64,000 nucleotides of DNA, taken from the NCBI GenBank assembly GCA_963836755.1, contig CAWIKF010000002.1, positions 1,408,001 to 1,472,000 on the forward strand, written 5' to 3'. Positions 58,754-64,000 of the stretch are shown here, piece by piece. Numbering within the stretch: position 1 is the first letter of the stretch; each line of letters opens with the position of its first letter. The notes under the pieces were generated by a model that made no database searches, was not told where the DNA came from, and saw nothing but the letters and a program-made list of their open reading frames with translations. The translations under genes were made by a program, and so were the position numbers. Origin of the DNA: an uncultured Verrucomicrobiae bacterium. Its GTDB lineage: Bacteria; Verrucomicrobiota; Verrucomicrobiia; Chthoniobacterales; Chthoniobacteraceae.

Positions 58754-60301
58754 ATGCCTGACAAACCGCTCACCATCGCCCAGCGTCTGCGCGCTTTTTT
58801 CCTCGCAGAGGTCCCGACGCAAAAACGGACCGTTTACAATTTTCGCTCGGCGCCGCCGACGATCGCCACGTTGCTCGACGTCGATCGCATCCACGGAATT
58901 TTTGCGGATGCGGAGGCCGGCAACGTGCAGGACCTCTTTGCGCTTTACCGGGATATTCTGATGGCGGATTCGCACCTCCAGGGCGAGATGGCCAAACGCA
59001 AGCTCGCTGTGATCGGCGATCCTCTCAGCATCCAGCCGGCGGACAAAAACAATCCGCAGGATGTGGCAGATGCAAAGTGGCTCGACATGCAGCTCACGCC
59101 GCGCCCCGCCTGGTTCTTGCGCGCGTGCGCTCACCTGCTCGATTCCACGCTCTGGCCGGTGGCAGTCTGCGAAAAGGTCTTTGCACCGGCCGCGGGTGGT
59201 TACGTCTTACAACGGCTCGTGCCCGTGCCCGACCAGCTCATCGATTTCCGGCTCGGCAAGCTGATGCTGCGCGCTACCGATCCCGAGACCGGTTACCCGA
59301 GCGGCGACATTTTCGAAGCGGACCCGAACCGCTATGTGATCCACCGCGGGCATCTGCTATCCACTCCCGACAACTGGGGCGGCCCGATGCGCTCGCTTGT
59401 TTTCTGGTGGTTTTTTGCCGCGATGGATCGCGACTCCTGGGCGCGGTTTTTGGAACGCTACGGCTCGCCATTTTTGCTCGGCAAATATGAGCAGGCCGAT
59501 GATGACAGCCGCACGGTGCTCGAGCGCGCTTTTTCCAACGCGACCAAGCTTTTCGGCATCGTCATTTCAAAGGATACCGATGTGGAGCTCGTGCAGGCGG
59601 CCGCCGCGCCGACTGGCGAGGCTTTCGAAAAATTCCACGACATCGCATGCCGCGAAAAATCAAAGCTCATCGTCGGGCAGACGAGCGCGGAAACGACACG
59701 TTCCACCGGCCTCGGCTCGGGCGTTTCCAAGCAGCAGGAAAACGTGCGAAACGACATCCGCCAATTCGATGCGATGATGCTTTCGGCGACGATCATGGAG
59801 GGCGTTTTCACGCAGCTCTTGTTGATCAACGGCCGCAAAGGAAAGGTCCGTGCCGTATGGGGTGCGGAGGATGCGCAAGTCAGTTCCCAGCTCGCAAAGA
59901 TGCTTTCCGATCTCGCGCAGGCCCAGCTCGGCGTGGCGGATGCGTCGTTGCCGCTACTCTCCGAACGGCTCGGCTTCCAGTTGCAACGGATCGCACCGCC
60001 GGCATCGCCTCAACCTTTCAGCGTGCCGCATCATTTGCTTGCCTTGGGCGCGGCCTCTCCGACGCGGGTCGAAAATGCTCTGTCTCAGATCGCCGGCCAA
60101 GGCGCCGCGGAAACGGCGCGGCAGTTCCGCCGATCCTACGCGCCGATCCGGCGGTTGATCTCGACCAGCGCGACGCCGGAGGAAGTAATTGCGGGCGTGC
60201 GGGATTTTACCTTGGGCTGGCCTGCCGAGGAGGCTGCCGGAATTTTGCTTGAGGCGTTGACTTCATTCGCGGCTAATGGAGCAATCATCACAGATCGGTA
60301 A
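58754..60301 (+). CDS. Portal protein (Mu gp29/DUF935)
   Basis: DSHL....KRKLAV, WARFLERYGSPF..GKY, SKLIVGQT. Confidence 0.92.
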   Translation: MPDKPLTIAQRLRAFFLAEVPTQKRTVYNFRSAPPTIATLLDVDRIHGIFADAEAGNVQDLFALYRDILMADSHLQGEMAKRKLAVIGDPLSIQPADKNNPQDVADAKWLDMQLTPRPAWFLRACAHLLDSTLWPVAVCEKVFAPAAGGYVLQRLVPVPDQLIDFRLGKLMLRATDPETGYPSGDIFEADPNRYVIHRGHLLSTPDNWGGPMRSLVFWWFFAAMDRDSWARFLERYGSPFLLGKYEQADDDSRTVLERAFSNATKLFGIVISKDTDVELVQAAAAPTGEAFEKFHDIACREKSKLIVGQTSAETTRSTGLGSGVSKQQENVRNDIRQFDAMMLSATIMEGVFTQLLLINGRKGKVRAVWGAEDAQVSSQLAKMLSDLAQAQLGVADASLPLLSERLGFQLQRIAPPASPQPFSVPHHLLALGAASPTRVENALSQIAGQGAAETARQFRRSYAPIRRLISTSATPEEVIAGVRDFTLGWPAEEAAGILLEALTSFAANGAIITDR

Positions 60302-60423
60302 CAACCCTTTCTCCCGAAGCCGCTCATACCCATTTCAAACATTTCGCTAACAGGCTTCCACGGCTGCTTCCTCCGACCATTTCCGAGCAGGTCAGGCTAT
60401 ATCCGCCATTTCTCTCGGTCTAA

Positions 60424-60491
60424 CTCCGCCGCCTTCGCCCGCGCAGCCATCGCGCCAGCCTCCGCCGTCGCTGAGCTTGGGGTCGTTAGGC
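60424..60491 (+). mobile_element. attC site 4, right half
   Basis: GCAGCCA..CAGCC..GCCGTCGCTGAGCTTGGGGTCGTTAGGC pairs with 20929-20978. Confidence 0.9.
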
Positions 60492-60507
60492 GACTTTCGC
60501 GCACACC

Positions 60508-60813
60508 ATGAAAGCAACGTCCGCTGCCAATTCGATTATGCGCTACATCGCCGTTCGCTGGCGGCACTCATCGCCTGAGTATCCTGTGGATTTGTATTCC
60601 GAGTTGGACGACGCAGGCTGGGAGCAGCGTAAGATTGAGGTATTTCCAGACGGTCACTGTGATTATGCCGATAGCCAAGAGAGCACTGGCTCCACTTCTC
60701 TAGGTCTTGCACCTATCCCACCAATCTCTGAGATCGCCGCAGACCCGCAATTCAACCCGCGAGAGATTACTGCACAAGAGTTTGAAGCACTATGGGTCAA
60801 GCGCAAGAGCTAA
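60508..60813 (+). CDS. Cassette 5: DUF6881-like protein
   Basis: YI.V.W.H...YSELD....E.RKIEVF.DG. Confidence 0.75.
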   Translation: MKATSAANSIMRYIAVRWRHSSPEYPVDLYSELDDAGWEQRKIEVFPDGHCDYADSQESTGSTSLGLAPIPPISEIAADPQFNPREITAQEFEALWVKRKS

Positions 60814-60823
60814 CAACCCCGTC

Positions 60824-60941
60824 GCCTAACCATGCGATGCAGCTAACAGGCTCCGCGCGTCACGGTAGCTGCTCCCCGCAGACCCGCCACGGCAGCTACC
60901 GCGCCGCGCTCCGCCTGTAGCTGATCTTGTTCTCGTTAGGC
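60824..60941 (+). mobile_element. attC site 5 (identical to attC1)
   Basis: 118/118 match to 18801-18918 by manual comparison. Confidence 0.92.
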
Positions 60942-60953
60942 GTCATACCATCC

Positions 60954-61163
60954 GTGTCCACAGAACCACCCATCAAACTATTCTCTTGGAAGCGCGCCAT
61001 TCTGCCGTCGGTTCTTGGCGTCGGGGTCGTCGCATTCCGCACGTATCAATCATATTCTGCGAAGGGATTTCTCGACAGCACGGACATCATTGTTGCATCA
61101 CTCACCATAGCTATGCTCTTTGGCATTCTTGCTGTCGTCGGCTGGTGGGCGAACAGACCTTAA
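60954..61163 (+). CDS. Cassette 6a: small 2-TM protein
   Basis: Hydrophobic ORF after attC5. Confidence 0.55.
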   Translation: MSTEPPIKLFSWKRAILPSVLGVGVVAFRTYQSYSAKGFLDSTDIIVASLTIAMLFGILAVVGWWANRP

Positions 61164-61170
61164 CTACGCT

Positions 61171-61362
61171 ATGAACCTCGAAGGACTTATTCCATTACTT
61201 GGCGGCATTTATTGCACCTTGCTTGGATTCGGTGTTGTCGCCCCCGGCAAGAATCCAGAACGGAACGAACTATGGCTCAAGAAGTTTGGCACGTTTATGA
61301 AGATCGGAGGTCCGTTCTTGATCCTTTTTGGACTTGTCCAGCTTCTCGGACTACTCAAATGA
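61171..61362 (+). CDS. Cassette 6b: small 2-TM protein
   Basis: Hydrophobic ORF ending just before attC6. Confidence 0.55.
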   Translation: MNLEGLIPLLGGIYCTLLGFGVVAPGKNPERNELWLKKFGTFMKIGGPFLILFGLVQLLGLLK

Positions 61363-61363
61363 C

Positions 61364-61429
61364 GCCTAACCATGCGATGCAGCTAACAGGCTCAGCGCGT
61401 CATGGTAGCTGACCTTGTTCGCGTGAGAC
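61364..61429 (+). mobile_element. attC site 6, shortened
   Basis: attC1-like left arm fused at GTAGCTG to the right arm; core reads GTGAGAC. Confidence 0.7.
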
Positions 61430-61448
61430 CTCATTCGCTTCATCTGAA

Positions 61449-61949
61449 ATGAAAAGGAACTTCTCTGCTGTAGGCCCACCTGAATTCATCGCAGAAAAAA
61501 AGGCGGAAGCAGAACGGAACTGGGCGAGGGATGACGCAGAATGGGAGAAGGCGGACCTGAAGCAGATGGATGACAAGACCCTGGCAGATTGGCATGGAGA
61601 CCACGCTGTCGGCAGTCGAGGCGACAGGCTGGCAACCCACGAGTGGGAGCGACGGCTGTCGGATAGGCAGATTGCCGCCGCCCACAAAACAGCAAGGCGC
61701 GCTGCGATTTGGAGCGGGACTATAGGCATCATAGGAACGTTAGCGGGACTTGGATTCGCTTGGCTCATATCTGGGGAACAACCTCCATCTTTGCATAAGT
61801 TGCGTTTCGTGTTCGCGCAGAACGAGAGCAAAGCTAAGGCCAAGCAGAACGAGCAGAATGCAGGAGCCACACCACCACCAAATAACGTTGATAAAGTGGG
61901 AGTCATCGACTCCTCTCCAGAGCCAGCGCACCCAAGTTCACATCCCTAG
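61449..61949 (+). CDS. Cassette 7: single-TM hypothetical protein
   Basis: 166-aa ORF between degenerate attC sites. Confidence 0.6.
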   Translation: MKRNFSAVGPPEFIAEKKAEAERNWARDDAEWEKADLKQMDDKTLADWHGDHAVGSRGDRLATHEWERRLSDRQIAAAHKTARRAAIWSGTIGIIGTLAGLGFAWLISGEQPPSLHKLRFVFAQNESKAKAKQNEQNAGATPPPNNVDKVGVIDSSPEPAHPSSHP

Positions 61950-61963
61950 TGAAGTAACCAGGA

Positions 61964-62020
61964 GCCTAACCCCGCCCCAGCGAACAGCCTCCGCGCGTCA
62001 CCGGTAAGACACTCCCACTG
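61964..62020 (+). mobile_element. Degenerate terminal attC remnant
   Basis: GCCTAAC...CAGCGAACAGCCTCCGCGCGTCAC with no matching right arm. Confidence 0.5.
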
Positions 62021-62099
62021 ACCCCAGCGCAAAAAAAAGCGGAGACGCGCACACTCGCACGCGCCTCCGCAGGTTAGTAAAAACTGCGTTAAACCCGCG

Positions 62100-63140
62100 T
62101 CACACGCGCGACGATGGCAATGGCCCGTGGCCATTCGCATGACCGTTGCTCGCGATTGCCCGCGGCACCAGCGCCGTTGGCTCAAGAGCGGGCGACTCCG
62201 CCTTTGGCTCCAGCGCGGCAGCGGGCGGGATCGTCACCACGATCGGCTCACTCGCCAGCCCCTGGCGACCCGCATTCACCGCCTGCACCACGATCTGGAC
62301 ACTCACGCCGGGCGCAAAACCCGTCAGCGACGCCATCGGCGACTGCGAGCTCGCCGAGAGCACATAATCACTCTGCACGCCCACGATCAACGTGCGGAAC
62401 CGGTAACGCGACGCCAGCGGCACCGCATCACACGACACCACGATCGCCGCGCCATTCAAGTTCGCCTGCACATTCACAGGCTGCGCCGGCGTCGTGTCCG
62501 AGCCCGGGATATTGAGGCCAAATTGCAGCCAGCGCGGATCATTCGGCCCGAGCAGCGCCGTCAGGATGCTGATCAAAAGCCGCATCTGCGTCGTCAACGG
62601 CTTCAGCGCCGCATCGCGCGCCGTCATCGCCGTTTTCAGCAGATCCGTCTTCTGCGCCACCACCCCCTGCGTCGAGACCGCCGCATTCCGCAGCGTGGTC
62701 CCATGAGCCGCCGTCACATCCAGCGGCGCGACCTCGTAACTCGGATTCTGCGTGAAAAACCCGATCAACCGGAGCGCGAGCCCCAGCCGGTCAGTGATCG
62801 TGTCCGGCACAGCCGTCGTCGGCGACGTGTAACCAGCCTGCGCCCACATCGTATTCCAGCGCGTGCCGAAAAACTTCGTCAACGCCGCGCGCACATTCAA
62901 GAGCCACGTCGAGAGCGCATCATCCGCCACGTGAAAAGCGTCATAAGCCACCGCCTGCGCACTGCGCGCGCCATTCGCCGTCGTATCCGCGGTAGTGAAA
63001 GCCGTCAGATTGTTTTGCATCGAAGCCGCCGTCACCTGCGTGATGGCGAGCGCCGTGCCCAGTTGATTGAGACCGATGATCATTTTGCCCGCCAGAGTGG
63101 TGGTCTCGCCACTGGAGGAAGGAATAGGATTAGTGTTCAT
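62100..63140 (-). CDS. Helical protein with C-terminal FN3-like domain
   Basis: Ala/Thr-rich helices, then PAQP.NV...VQAVN.G..G.ASEP. Confidence 0.7.
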   Translation of the reverse strand: MNTNPIPSSSGETTTLAGKMIIGLNQLGTALAITQVTAASMQNNLTAFTTADTTANGARSAQAVAYDAFHVADDALSTWLLNVRAALTKFFGTRWNTMWAQAGYTSPTTAVPDTITDRLGLALRLIGFFTQNPSYEVAPLDVTAAHGTTLRNAAVSTQGVVAQKTDLLKTAMTARDAALKPLTTQMRLLISILTALLGPNDPRWLQFGLNIPGSDTTPAQPVNVQANLNGAAIVVSCDAVPLASRYRFRTLIVGVQSDYVLSASSQSPMASLTGFAPGVSVQIVVQAVNAGRQGLASEPIVVTIPPAAALEPKAESPALEPTALVPRAIASNGHANGHGPLPSSRV

Positions 63141-63263
63141 ATATATAATAGGAATTATTCTAATTAAACTTGCTGCGTTCTCCGCGTCGCACACAACGTG
63201 CGGCGGAGCTTGGGTGAAGTAGCAGCGCCCGTGCCAACCCTTGCAAAGTCGCAAAAATAATTG

Positions 63264-63468
63264 CTGGGCGAGCATCGATCTTAAAAAATCCGCCCTCCGC
63301 CAATCTGGGCGAGCACCGATTTGAAAAAATCCGCCCTCCGCCACGCTGGGCGAGCATCGATTTGAAAAAATCCATCCTCCGCCAACTTGGGCGAGCATCG
63401 ATTTGAAAAAATCCGCCCTCCGCCACGCTGGGCGAGCATCGATTTGAAAAAATCCGACCTCCCCGAGC
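63264..63468 (+). repeat. 41-bp tandem repeat x5
   Basis: CTGGGCGAGCATCGATTTGAAAAAATCCGCCCTCCGCCACG at 63264, 63305, 63346, 63387, 63428. Confidence 0.93.
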
Positions 63469-63642
63469 CTCGGCGCCACCCCATTATAGAATCGCGAAAA
63501 AGTCCCATACCTCCGCCGGAATTTAGTTTGACCGCCGAGGCCGCATTCCATAACACCGCGGCATGACGGCGAGGAAGCCAGCAGCAGCCAAAGAGCGGAC
63601 AGAAATAGGCGAAACTTTTTTCGCCTTTAATTACGAACCTTC

Positions 63643-63660
63643 GCCTAAATCTCGTTAGGC
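63643..63660 (+). mobile_element. Second attI-like site
   Basis: GCCTAA-atctc-GTTAGGC; following GACTTTCGCG matches the cassette start at 60492. Confidence 0.55.
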
Positions 63661-63677
63661 GACTTTCGCGTTCCACC

Positions 63678-64000
63678 GTGACGACCAAGCGAATAGCAAT
63701 CAGCATCCTTCTCATTGTTGCGGCAGGCGTCGGATTCTACTTTACCCGCTCGATGATTCGAGAGAATCGGCAGTGGGAGTTGTCACGCGCCGCTGGAGAC
63801 GGCGATTTGATTGCAGTTACTCGTTGCGTTGAGGCAGGCGCGATCATCGATGCGACGCCGTTTCGCGCTAACCGTGCCGTTGCTGGCTTGCCCGCTCTGA
63901 CCGTCGCAGCGCTCTACGGCCATGAGGATGTCGTGCGGTTCCTTCTCGACCACGGTGCTAACCCGAACTTGCGCGGCATGAGCAACCCGTTGATTGCAGC
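63678..64000 (+). CDS. Ankyrin-repeat protein, runs off window
   Basis: N-terminal TM; AAGDGDL, AALYGHEDVVRFLLDHGANPN. Confidence 0.8.
   Translation, partial: MTTKRIAISILLIVAAGVGFYFTRSMIRENRQWELSRAAGDGDLIAVTRCVEAGAIIDATPFRANRAVAGLPALTVAALYGHEDVVRFLLDHGANPNLRGMSNPLIA

Larger units (their letters stand above)
20979..60423. mobile_element. Mu-like transposable prophage, ~39.4 kb, apparently complete
   Basis: Transposase, MuB-like ATPase, Gam, gpF, gpG, gpI, gpT, gp36, portal, terminase; flanked by two halves of one attC and a CTCC duplication. Confidence 0.93.

Noticed and set aside
63264..63468. CRISPR array
   Set aside because: Units are contiguous with no unique spacers and no cas genes are present
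63141..63551. N-terminal extension of the FN3 gene
   Set aside because: Read-through of the 41-bp repeat; ATG 63140 after an AT-rich leader is more plausible

Overview
GC-rich bacterial chromosome, probably Verrucomicrobiota (inferred from the RpoA sequence and gene content; not certain), in three parts. (1) 1-18.1 kb is host genes: NUDIX, truncated CysJ, family-B polymerase, rplQ-rpoA, Fe ABC permease, tRNA-Ala(CGC), a mannoside-use cluster with two frameshifts, sulfite/nitrite reductase and galE. (2) 18.37-20.98 kb and 60.42-62.02 kb are two halves of one integron cassette array (attI-like site, ~120-bp attC sites, no integrase in the window); a second attI-like site and cassette start at 63.64 kb. 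(3) 20979-60423 is an apparently complete ~39.4-kb Mu-like transposable prophage inserted in the loop of one attC site with a 4-bp duplication (CTCC). The prophage has a central, divergent immunity/transposition module with portal and gpF on opposite arms; a large terminase split into two genes around a DUF1353 gene; a MuF protein with a C-terminal kinase-like domain and a candidate immunity gene; export signals on virion proteins; five copies of a late-promoter motif; clustered TCGC-N8-GCGA palindromes; a structured ~200-nt non-coding element; and a RexAB-like gene pair. All family assignments are by eye, not by database search.
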